DNA of 64,000 nucleotides from Chlorokybus atmophyticus (Eukaryota > Plantae > Mesostigma and Chlorokybus algae). Where the stretch lies: the NCBI GenBank assembly GCA_009103225.1, contig RHPI01002533.1:585368-649367 (forward strand), given 5' to 3'. The number at the start of each line of letters is the position of its first letter. Position 1 is the stretch's first letter. Made by a program: the position numbers and the translations under genes. The notes beneath the pieces are model-generated. The model ran no database searches. It worked only from the letters and a program-made list of their open reading frames with translations, and was not told where the DNA came from. Positions 24,791-36,700 of this stretch are shown here, one piece after another.

Positions 24791-26811
24791 TGACCTATGT
24801 TGACGAAATAGCTACATGCACTACGTATGGCAAATTGTGCTTGTGCTGCTTATATGCCATGATCACAACCAATGAACGGCAACGCGCAGAGAGCACGTGC
24901 ATGTTCCACTGCGGCTTAAAATGGTGAGCATGCTCCACATTTGGGCAATGCTCCACGCGAATTGAACTTTGATTAAGTGCTTAGCGACAGCACAAGGATG
25001 CCACAAGCACGCTTTGCGCTGCAATAACTGATTTGCCTCCGTCCGAAACAGTGTGCTTCCTTACCAATGCGTGCACGCTGCCTCCATAACGGAGCTCTCC
25101 ACCAAAGTCATGCTGCTACGTTTCAGCCTCTAGTTGTCACCTTGACACACAAGCTTAAGCGGCCAAGTAACAAGCCGCCTAGGCTAGGTGGTCTGGCCCA
25201 AGCTTGCTGTCAGCTAAGCAATGCACAATTAAGCACTTTGCCACTGCCGCCGCCTGCCTGCAGTCATGCCCTGGGCAACGACCGTAGGCACGAGCTAAGG
25301 CTGGTACTAGTTTGAGGGGGTGGCGAAGGCGGCGGCGGTAGCGGTGGAGCAGGGTGAGAGGCGTCACTGGCGGTCAAGTGGATTGCCCGAGAGTGAAGCG
25401 CAAGCAATAGCCTGACCGCTTGCGGTTGCTTGGTTGCGTGTGCGTTAGTTGACGAGGTCACGGTAAGCTGGTTGTTGAGGTGTGGATACTCTGTAAGCTT
25501 GTGCCAGTGCTGGCTGGTAGCTTCAAGTTGAGTAAGCTTCAACGTGTTATCTTATTCAAACCGGCACATGGTGTGGTTGCAAATGCCGTCGCTGTTGTGG
25601 GTGCTGCTTGACGCGTGCATACGTGGTTGATCTTCTGCTCAACAGCTGTCAAGCTTTCTGTTGTACTGCGCGCCTGCATGCGGCAGCGTTTGAGCCAGCG
25701 TCTTCTGACTTGCGACAAAAATACTGCTCCGTCACGTACACAACAGTTGCACCACACAGGTTGTTACGCGGGCACCACTCAAGTCCTGCCTCAACAACCC
25801 GTGATCCTCTTTGTAACCTTTTTGCAAGCACACAATAGCTGGTCAGCATGTTCAGGACAAGCATGCATTGCTCTGGACTGCTCATCCAGGCCTTGTGCTC
25901 ATGTTGACTGTAGTAAAAACGGTGACCTCATGTGTGCCCATGTGTGCTCATGTGTGGACAGCTTTCTGGCTTCAACAGACCGGTGGCTGCCTCATGGGCA
26001 ACCATACCCGGGGGGTTGCCCATATTAGCTTTCTGCTGCAACACCCTGTGGTTCATGCTGTCGAAAGTTGGTGCAGTATGCTCACCACCCCCACATTGGG
26101 CTGTTAGGGAAAAGCAGTACCGCATGTGTGATGCCTACACCACTGTACAAAGCTTGTGCAAATGCAACGAGGCAGGTACTCCTGTCTGCGCGCTCTTCAG
26201 CAGTGCCAGGTCAGATATGCACCTTGCATGCTACTTTGCCCTCAGTTGAACTGTGTTGGTGTGACTTGCCAGGAGTCATGTCACAAAAAATTGGTCTGCC
26301 ACATACACAACAAATGCTGTGGCATACCATGATATACTGTACCTGCCCGTGTCTGGCAGTTTGTCAGGCGTGGAGGGGTGGGGGTGGGGTGGGATTGTAT
26401 TCGTGGGTTGATTGGGTGGCGAGTGGCTTCAGCATGCTAGCTGTGACATTGCAATTGGAGTCCCTCAAGTCAGTGCCAACCCCAACTAGCATGAACATTC
26501 TGCGCCGAGCTGTTGCGCTATCTCTGGCATATGACGATGGAGCTGGTTGCTGCTCTTATCTGTGTATAATGTCTGTTATGCATATGGTTTCAATTATGCA
26601 TTGACTGCAGCTAAGAGCACTCTAGTCTAGCAAGCTGTGTTGGTCGACATGCAAGCAAGCAGGTGCACTTAGTAGTGCGCTTCACACAACCACACCAGCC
26701 AACTACATAATAAGCATGTCAGTCGAGCTTTTAAGCTGTTGCTAGTGTTTCTGATTTCTAGTTCTTTGTTTCTAGTGATGTTTCTACTAACCGACAGTCT
26801 TGTTCTATTGT

Positions 26812-29486
26812 TCAAGCCATGAGTCTGTTATATTTGTCACTGAAGTACAGCACAAGCTCAGCTTGTTGCATAGCAAAATCTGAATTGTGACCGCGCACGG
26901 AGTTGTGGGCCAGCTCGTGACAGACGGTAAGAAACCAGTCCGCTTTCTCCGCTTCCTTGTTAATCCCTTGGTAGCATGCAGCATTGAACCAGAGCTCTCC
27001 TTGTTGTCGGTTGAACGCTTGGACTGTGGACATCTCATCATAGAAGATCATGATGCCACATTCGGGCTGCGCGAACACACTTCTTATAAGCAGCTGTAGC
27101 ACGCTGTACAAGTCATGACACTTGGCAAGTTGTGTCGGTGACAGTGACAGCATGCCAGACGGCAAGTACACAAGGCACGGCACACTTGCTGTTGCGCCTG
27201 CATTGAGGCAGTAGTTTGACTGTAGCAGGTTAATTCTTGGAGCTGCACACGGCGCCGGCGTGGCTGCGGCTCCAGGTCCGTCACCAGGTATAATACTTTG
27301 TAAGTGTTCCTCACGACAGTGCCTTCCAACAGACCTCCTCACTGCCTCTTGCACATTGCGGTTATGCTCCAGCTGCCATGTATCTGTTGCTGGATGATCA
27401 GTCGTTGCTTCTGTGCTGTTGACAACCACCCAATCGGCCTCTGCGTCTCCTACTTGCTGCGATGCTGTGATTGTTGCAGCTGCTTGTTCTGAGGTGTCGC
27501 CTTGCTGTTGCGGCTGGTGTTGTTCTGGTTGTGGAGGTTTAGGTGATGCAGTCGGCATCTGTTGCAGGCTTGCAGGCTGCCGCCCAATGCTCTCCAATGT
27601 CGGTGCGCTTGCTGCTAATAGCCGTGCCATAATGTCCTTGTGAATATTAGGGTGCTTGTCTTTCAAGGCCTTCAGCTCCGTGATCTCAAACATGAGCAGG
27701 TTGATGATGCATGCGCCCCCGTTGCACTGGCTTCTCCGACATTCCAACGTACGCCTGTGCTTGCTCACCAGCCTTTGGTGAACCCGTTCCAAAGACTGAA
27801 GGTATCTAAACTGCACAACAATCCTCAATGGCTGCCCGTGCAGTGCAAGGACCACATTATCAGATCTGTCGTCAAAGTCTCGCACTAGCAAGGCAGACAC
27901 CTGGATTGCCAGAGAACTTGCTAGGACGCTCAGCACTTCGTTAACTTCATGTCGCTGTTTTGCAGTCATATCAGGTTCTCCCATCTCCTCCAGCTCCGTC
28001 GATCTCCTGGACCAAAGCTCTTCAATGGTCGGCAGCAGACCAGCGTACTTCCATATGTCCAACATCGCTGCAGACACCCTTTGCGGCAGGTAGCCAATCA
28101 TTTTAACATCGTCTCCTTCCAGATAGTAATAACATGTAGGGAAATGAGCCTCGCTATGTTGGTCTCGAAAAACACCCCCCAATCCACTAGCCAATGCCTT
28201 CATTTCCTGGCTGCTTCCGCTGGTCCTTGCATGGGCTTGCAAGGCTGAAGAAATGCTTGAGGATTGATCGGTGTCAATGGCGTTGTAGAGGGTTGTACAG
28301 AGGCGTTTGTATGCTTCACTGTGAAGGTCAGGTGCTTCGCGGTGCTGGTCCAACTGGAACACCGCAGCGGGAAGGACGCGACACAGCAGGGCAGGTATGG
28401 ATATGCTCGAGCGATCGCGTGATACATCGAGCGAGTGTAGTCCTGTTGTGCTCCCTGTGTAGTTCAGACCGATGCCAAGCACTGCATCCCTAGAACTGCA
28501 CTGCACCTGTATGCCGTGCAGAAAGACTTTGCCCTCGTAGGCTCTATCATACAGAATATCCGCTTCTGCTGTGTGTAGGAGATCAACGTCTGATGCCAGA
28601 AACAGGTACTTGCTCGTATCTACGAGCGGTGTTGTGAAGTGTCCTCCAAAAACTGTGCACACTGTGGCGTCCCGCAGACTGGGTGGGACTGTTGCCGGAG
28701 TGATAACTAGATTCAAGCTGTCTTGCGTGAAGCCAGGGTCCCTTTGATACTCAAAGTTCCAGAGGTTGTTCCCAGTAATATACCGGGCGGAAGCACCACT
28801 AGCAATGAGCCTGTTGATCTGCACTTTCATGCCTTCACCGAAGTTGCCAGCATTGTAGTCGTTGTCCCTGCTGGTGCTGTGGCCCAGGAGCATCACATCT
28901 AGTGAAAGGGTGGTGGCGAAGTTGACTGCAATGAAGCCCTGTCCGCCGGCTTGGCGGCCAAAGCCCACGCAAAGGCCCAGACATTGAGCTGGTTGGTTGG
29001 CTGGTGGCAGGTCCACTTCTAGTAGGGCATGAAAGGCACTGATGTCAGCCTCACGCAGTTGTGTAACACTTTCTGCAGGTACACGCCAAGCGCCAACACG
29101 GTGGGTGCGTGACAGGCGCAGACACTGGTCCATCCAGTTCTGCACCAGTTCTCGCACGCCGCCATCATAATGCGGCGAATACTGGCGCGCCAAGTTGAGA
29201 TTTCTAGTATAGCCTTCTGTCGGCGTGTTCAAAGCTTGTGGCACCTGTGAGCCTCTTACAGACATGTTGACGGTGACGGGTCGGTGCGCTCGCAGGCATT
29301 CAACGAGTAAGTTTGCAACGCACTGCTGTTGAGTATCGTCCATGTTCTCTGCATGCCACAAACGATGTCAATGACTGCGTTGGAGTATGCCACTTATGTC
29401 ACATTGACAAACAGGTACTTGCAACGCAGTGGCCAGATGTTCTGACCTGTGAGCGCCATAGCAACTGCCTGCCATTCGCCATCCAT
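26812..29486 (-). CDS. GHKL (Bergerat-fold) ATPase fused to a C-terminal HExxH zinc metallopeptidase-like domain; intact copy
   Basis: 849-codon open frame (26812-29361). N-box GGVRELVQNWMD, ATP-lid LLGHSTSRDNDYNAGNFGEGMK, VSRDRSSI, Q/P-rich linker, C-terminal IFYDE...AFNRQQGELWFN...WFLTVCHELAHNSVRGHNSDF. A probable short first exon MDGEWQAVAMALT (29447-29486) has a GT donor conserved in both copies (inferred). Confidence 0.8.
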
Positions 29487-30465
29487 TCCGCCACTGACCT
29501 GAAGTGGATGTGCTCTGATCTAAGTCAAGCGAGTCACCTGTTGTCCCCAAGCACAGACATCAATGTCATGAAGAGGGCTCAGATATAGACCTACAACCAT
29601 TGTCGTACATGCCGACTCTGTGAGCCTATGAGCGCCCAATGTAGAGGACTACAGACACACACCCAGCAATTAGCCTACGCTTGCTGCGGTGCGTCTGAGA
29701 AGTGTGTGTGTGTGTTAATGTCTAAATTGAGAGTGGTTGTAATGACTGAACTAAATGTCGTTGAGTCGTTGAATCGTATTGCAGTGCTACCAGTTTTATT
29801 GATTCCGTAACAGAAGCAATGGTAGCAGGTAGAAAAGGAGAACTTGCAGTGCCGAGATCATGCACGTCATGCATGTACTTACCGGCAGATATGCAGCAGG
29901 CGGGATGGGTGCAGGGACTTGTCAACTCGGAAGCAAGTCTAACATGTGCATGCTGCTCCTGGCAACTTGGTCACCTTTCAACTCTCCTTCGCGCTCCAGC
30001 TATAGACCACAGACCATTCTACAGTGGCTGACTCACACCAAGCAGTAGCTGCTCCCGCTGATAGCTTACAGCCAGTCTCTCCCACCCTAGCTTAACTCCT
30101 CCGACCGTGCAACACCTCCCTTCTGCCAAGCTCCACCCTAGCTTAACTCCTCAGCGCTTTCAGCGGGCATCAGGGCCAGGCGCAGTCAACGTCCGCATGC
30201 GCCGGAGCGTTTGTGACTTGCAACTTGCGAGTTACATCACAGTGCCCAGGCTCTCGGGTGCGAGCGCCTGGGCATTGTGATGTGACTCGCACGTGGCACT
30301 GCGGGCCTAACGTGACGGCCAAAAAGTCCGCATGCCTGGGGCGTTGCGACAGGCAACGCAGTGCCAGGCGCTCGGGTGCGTCAGCGCACGTGATAGCGAC
30401 CGCACGCGATAATCGCGGCAGCTACTGGTTCACTGAGCCAAGTTGAGTTACAGCGAACATGGTCT

Positions 30466-30537
30466 CACCTGACGCAACCTCCGGTTAACGAGCAGTTCTC
30501 AGAAAACCTACTCGTTAACTGGAGGTCGCGTCAGGTG
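30466..30537. repeat. 27-bp stem, 18-nt loop inverted repeat
   Basis: CACCTGACGCAACCTCCGGTTAACGAG (30466-30492) vs CTCGTTAACTGGAGGTCGCGTCAGGTG (30511-30537); 2 mismatches. Confidence 0.9.
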
Positions 30538-33393
30538 CGGTCAAGTATGAGAGAACTTTCTCTCAATAATGCAGATGACGTGGGCCAGACTGGGCGGCTG
30601 GTTGTGGATTGACTCCTACACTGTAAATGGACATCCGACACGTTCTTCCGCACAACAGAAGCGCAGCTGATTAATAGCTGATCATGCAGATATTGTTTGG
30701 CTGATGATTACATTGGCGTTGAATGAAATGGCGGATGATGTTCAGTTGCTTGTTGAAGTGTTTGTCCAGCCTTACCCTAATATGTCATGGAGTATTATTG
30801 TATAAGGTGTATTCTTAATCAAAAATCATGTATGAGTTATGCAATGTATGTGTACAAAAGATGCAAGAGGAAATTCGTGCATGCACATGCACTGTTATCA
30901 TAATAAAAATGTGTGTTACGAGCCCAACTGCTAATCGTTTATAAGCTATCATGATAACGGTCATCATTTTCTATTAGATTCTAATACAAACGCCGTTCAA
31001 ATCTTAAAAGCGTTGTTGTTATCTGCTTTTATTGTATATGTTAATGACCCTTTTTTTCAACACGTGAAAAGTACATATCTGCATGCCATGCAGAATATGT
31101 GCTTTGTAGATTACATTTGCTTTATTGTGAATATTGACTTACTAGTAATCACATATTGACACATTTTATCCTACTACAAACATGAATCTTAAAGGCGCAT
31201 ATCACGTTAATGTGATTTATTAATTCATGGTAATATATATATGTAGTATTGGTTTAACCAGTTAGCAACGTGGCTTTGTTAGCGGGTCACAATTGGATCG
31301 TGGATCGTTTTTTGGCAAACGATAAGCAAAGAGCCATATAAGCTTCTTGAAGCCATTAGCCGGAACACAATGAATTGCTATATGATATGGCAACTTTTAT
31401 GACAAATACACACACAAGTTATGTGACCACACCCACATTAACTAGCCTATTAAACTATCGTAACCAGCATCAGCTTTTGCTCCCTCCCTCGGCGATCGCG
31501 TCGCAAATTTTACATTTTACACGGTAATTAACTAAGGAGTAAGGGAATGACGGGTGCCTGAGCCTGCCTGCCGCTGCCTGAAATGTTACTTTTGGACTGT
31601 TGGGTTTGTCGTTGGCTTATGTGGACTGGCGCAGATGGCCGCGGGCCGAAAGTGGTTGTCGGTGGCACTGACCGGCCGAGAGTTGTCAACCAGTTACCCT
31701 TTTGTCGATGCGCACAGACAGCCGTTAGCCGGTAGTAGGATAGCTGACATCAATAGCCGGCAGTTTTCTTGCCGTTACACTGATGTTAATATGTGACCCT
31801 TACGGTTTAACAAAAGTTGGCAATTCTTGCCGTAAGCCAACACCAACATGCCATGCAGCTTGTACAAACCTTGAACTGAATGTTTGATCTTGCAGCTATA
31901 AGCCCACAATATATACAAAGTCCGACAGTGGTGAGAGTATGTCCACTTGCAACTGAGCAGCCGACTTGCGCATGAAACTACATGAGTGCGACAGCTAGAC
32001 TCAATACAACATTGAGTCTAGCTGTCGCACTCATGCAATGCTTGTCAACCCGTGATGCCTGCCTCAGAACTCCTCCTCAACCCCCTCCTCCTGTTTCTCC
32101 TCCGACAAGTCTTCTGCTTCAACTTCGGAGTCGGTTCCATCTGCTGCCTCGCTCGCTGACAATACAGCAGCTTGAATGTTAGCACCTCGCCGTGCATGCG
32201 CATGCACTTGATGGTCGCTTTGAGAGTGACCGCTTGCATTTGGTAATGCTGTAAGGGTGGCGTTCTGCCAGAGGACTAGCCCATCAGCATACACATGCTT
32301 ACCTTGTCTTCCGCTTCGTTGCACTCCACCAGGCAGACAGTCAGCCTGCCGCGCTGCTCTTGGTTCACTCTGATCGACATGGCAATCTGCAAGCATACTG
32401 CTTAATTGCCGCTGGAAACATTAAACTAGGTCATGAATTACCCGTTCATGGTACTCCGCAGCTTCTCCTTGCGACTCCTTGCGACTTGTGAGCTCCCGCA
32501 AGTAGAAATAGGCTGTGCATTTGCAAGATTGGTCATGCTGTTCATGTGCATGACACTGGAGGCTGTGCATGAGGGTATGCATGTGGTATTGACACTGTAT
32601 GTCATGTGCAAGATACTTGAGGCTGTGCATGTGCAAGATAAAAGAACCTTAGCATGTGGCATTGATATATGCATCTTAACCCACCTTGGTTATGCCAGTC
32701 TTGTTTGGTCCCTTCAATCACGTCGCCGTGGTCGCAGCTGCTGGTGGGTCGGATGTCCTAAGAGGCAGTATTGTGGTGTGCCTTCGCCCACTCGGTGGGG
32801 GAGCCCTGTAAGATATTGCCCAAGTCATTGTTATCATTGGCTGTGCCCTTGGTAGGCATGGTGAAGTTTGACACCAAGGACATCCCACCGGCACCTTGCC
32901 CGCCCTGTGCGAACATGGGCTTCATTCCGGACCTCGACCACAACGCCTACTACGCCCCTGGCAGCGCCGCTAACGATCCACCAAACGCCACATACCCTCG
33001 GCAATACCGCCCTGTATGGGCATAGCTTCGCGGAGCCATCAATGGTGTTTTCGTGCGCAGGGACTGGCATTGCCAGCACTTGTCTATGGTACGAACTGCC
33101 ATTGCCACTGTACAAAGGTACCATTTTAATGGCACATTTTGGCAAAGGCATCTTCGTACCATTGAAACGGTTCAATCAGGATATCTATGCAGACTCACCC
33201 CACCCTAGGCGTGTAATGGCTCGATCATATAATAGTAATGGTATGACGGAGCCGTCACGCCTGTGAATGGCGGCCAAGTTTCGCGCCTCTGTCATGCAAG
33301 GGTAGCGGCGGCGACGGCGGCGGCTGTGCGTGTTGCTGGATATGATGATGCAGGTTACATTGGCGACACCTGTGTCGACATTAGTAGTGAGCT

Positions 33394-36300
33394 ATGGGAG
33401 TCCTTTGTCCGTATTGCCACATGCACTTCGCCACACGCAGCTTGGTCTACATGCACATTGTTAGCAGCAGGGTGTGCAAGCAAATTAAGCCGTATATCGG
33501 CCAGCGTCCATTACGGTACGATGCGGGTCATTTTGAACCGGGGAGTTCGTTCCAGGATGCGCACATGCTTGATGCTGCAGGACCCCTCTAAGAGTCACAC
33601 GCACAGCAGCAATAGGAGGAGGAGGAAGTGAACGAGGGCATTTGATGTGTGCGTGTGCCTACAAAACCTGTGGCATGCTAACATGGAAGTGGAGGCGTCC
33701 CTTCGCACGCGTCGGAATTCAGGTGGTATGGCTTGGAGCATGCTCTTGCAGTGGCATTCGTGCAGTGCAACAACGCCCAAGGCCGGTCGGCCTCCGACAT
33801 GGGACGGATTATCAAGTGCATCCGAAATGCACATTTCTTGGCGGAAGAGCTCCAGTGGGTTACCGGTGTGCATGTGGCCAGCTACCTCCGGTCCACAATT
33901 GCTTTCTGTGAGACTGAGGTGTGTTCACGGTGTACGGTGCATGTGCTTCAATCATAAGAGCCATGTCACATATGCACATGCGAGTGTGCTGCCGTGTCAG
34001 AACTACGTAACGGCTGACCTGCGCAAGCCTAGAGACCCTGAGCATCAGCACATCATCGTCACATGCATGCCGGCCAAGGTCTATGAAATGCAGTATCGAT
34101 GCAGTATCTAATCAAAGGCCAGCATGCCTGCTAATGCTTTGGGTCGGAGCAAGTATGGCTCGCGCGGTTGTATGGCAATCCACTGCCGCTAATGGCTTCA
34201 ATCTCCAGTACAGCGATGACGAGCACAGCTTTGGCCACCCTTCCACGCGCGATTGGTGGAAGGATGTGGAGGTGGATTTAGAGGAGAGGTGGGGGAAGCG
34301 TCCTACTATGCGCCTGCCATCTTAAACAGTGACAAGACCACACTTGACAGCGCGGGCAAGCGTTCTGAGTATCTTCTGATGGCATCACGTGCCAACTACA
34401 GTTGGGACATGTATGCTAGCTACATGGGGGTTGTTATGATAGCGCTTCTACCGGTGATTCACGCAATGGCCGGGCATCCCACCTGGGCGCAGGGCAAGGA
34501 ATTGTTCCCAATTCAAAAACGTGAGATTTTTTATGACGCTTTAAATTTAGTGTTACGGGATGTGAAGTGGGAGCTGGGAAGGTTGGCAGCTCATCAACTT
34601 AAATGGCATCGAGCGTCGTGTGTTTCCCACGCTTGCCAACTACATCAGCGACTGGCAAGTAGTGGGCATGCATGGTTGTAACCGGATGCAGCCTGCCGGC
34701 AAACAGTTCATGGAGGATGTTGTCAGTAGAGCATATGAGTTTGTCATGTTGCAGGAGACTGCCACACTCGCACGCACTTCGCCGGGCAACCAAACACGAC
34801 ATCTTTGAGATATTCATCTTGTCACCAAAGTAGATCTGGTGGTGATGGATGAGGACCGGGAGTTGAGAACCGAGGCTTTCTACACAACAGCAATACGACA
34901 GCTGCGGGCGGACCTGCATAGCGGTGTTAAAAAAGCATGCTAGACAAGCAAGGCTTTCAAAGAGCAGCACTTCATGCATGTCGAGGAGGTAATGGTAAAA
35001 ATACCGCCATTTGTGAAGATGAATGGCTTTTCGTGTAACCAGGCAATGTGGTTTGGCAACATAATGCACTGTGGGGTTGGCGACAGTTGCGGGTGCCGGG
35101 AGCTGACTGCTACTCTCGTCTTGCCCCTGACGCAATGCATGTGCTGGGAGGCATCGTTGACCACCTGCTTGCTGCTGTATACGACGCTGCAAAAGAACGC
35201 ATGCGTCCATCCAGAGATAGACTCTGCAGGCCAGGCATGTCTTTGCTGCTGAACATAAAAGCCAACGACGCGTGCTCACAAGCAGATGTGCATAGGTTGA
35301 TTGCATGCAAGGCGACTCTACGGGTTTCGCACCTTAAGGCACCCACAAGCACAGTGGATTTCTTCTCGTCCGACCACTCCTTTCAGGTGGTGGAGAAAGT
35401 GGCGGTGCTGCAGCTGCTGCCGGTCCTTAAAAACGGTTTCCTGCTCGACAGTGAGGGCAACGATTGCTTTTCTATTGCTGCCGCATCGCTTGCCCAGTGC
35501 TGCAAGAAGTTGCTCAAGGCGATGAACACACAAGAGAGACCCTGACCACAGCCGACAACCAGCTGACTGCCTTCAAAACTGCAGTGTTGCATCCGCTACT
35601 GTCGTCATATTCTGCACAGAAGTCGGGGTTAAAAATCGAGAAGATGCATTTGCTCACTCATTTTGAGCCGGCAATTGTCAGCAGTGGACACCCAAATTGG
35701 TTCAGCGCCAAGCGCATGGAGCAGATGCACGCTTCAAATATCGGATAGTGGGCGCGTGGTGGCAACGACCGGGACTACCAGGCGCGTATCCTAAAGGCAT
35801 GGAGCTGTGCGGAAAATGTGAGACATGATGGCATGGTCGTGGACTTTAAGATGCACTTGGTCAGGGCGCAGGCAGCCGTGCTGTAATGTAATGGAGAAGA
35901 CGGACAAGTTGCTATGGATTGATGTGCTGACACGAAGGGAGTCCAGCCTGTACCAGAGCGACCGTGCGCGTAGCCGCCAAGTCGCCCTGAAGACTCCATT
36001 TGTCGACAAGCTGCCTGCCACCCTGGACAGCTGGTTGAGGAGGGAACAACTTGAGTTGGCCGACGGGTGGCGTGCTGTTGGCGTGGTAAATGGAGGCGCA
36101 GCGGTGTACATGACATCAGGAGTCAGCATGGCGCGCGCAACTGGGATGTTACATGGGCGGCCTTGGTTCTGTCACTTAAGTTGAAAGGTGATGAGGACGG
36201 TGTGAATGTGACATGGTGGGCTCAGGCTCTCCTTTTTTTGCGCGTGGTGGTGTGGGGTGGTAGCGGCGAGCGCGTGTGAAAACAGGTCGTATTTGTCCGC

Positions 36301-36480
36301 TGGTACACGAAGCTGGATGTGACGAGCGACACAAAGTGCATCGCTTTGGAATGGGAAAGCGTCGAGGAGTCCACATCTCGATGTCGTGACTCTGGAGCAA
36401 GTAAAAGGCATTGTCTAGCTGCTCCCCATATCTGACAAGGACAGCGCCCGTGTACAAGGGCAAGTATTGGGTGAACGTTC
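33394..36480 (+). mobile_element. Degenerate Plavaka-type (CACTA/EnSpm-related) transposase gene with N-terminal C2H2 finger
   Basis: CPYCHMHFATRSLVYMH; APAILNSDKTTL (cf. PIILxSDKT); FPTLANYISDWQ (cf. FPxLxxYIADxPE); LAPDAMHVLGGIVDHL (cf. PDxLHQLHKG); KIEKMHLLTHF...GHPNWFSAKRMEQMH (cf. PKxHxxxHY...G...TExxExxH); C-terminal RATGMLHGRPWF and VFVRWY. Broken by stops and frameshifts. Confidence 0.8.
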
Positions 36481-36700
36481 ACTGCACTGCCACGTGACAC
36501 ATACACTTGTCTCACTACTCTAAGTGTGGAGCGTATCAGTCAGTTGGGCATTGCTAATCGTATGCTAAGACTTTTGCATGTGGACGTGTACAATACCGGG
36601 CAGCTGCCACTGCACACCTGTCACCACAATCGAATGTTGAATGCAACATTCAACAATCAGTCAGCTGTGTGCCATTAAGCATCAATACAATGCACCACAT

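Larger units (their letters stand above)
25330..30660. repeat. Copy B of the ~5-kb segmental duplication
   Basis: See copy A. Collinear similarity covers the coding region and both flanks; boundaries approximate. Confidence 0.9.

Noticed and set aside
32064-33200. Possible TET/JBP-like dioxygenase remnant on the minus strand next to the Plavaka gene
   Set aside because: Only vague GGSL..LP and GDVI...WH resemblances, with wrong spacing and no HxD motif; unsupported.
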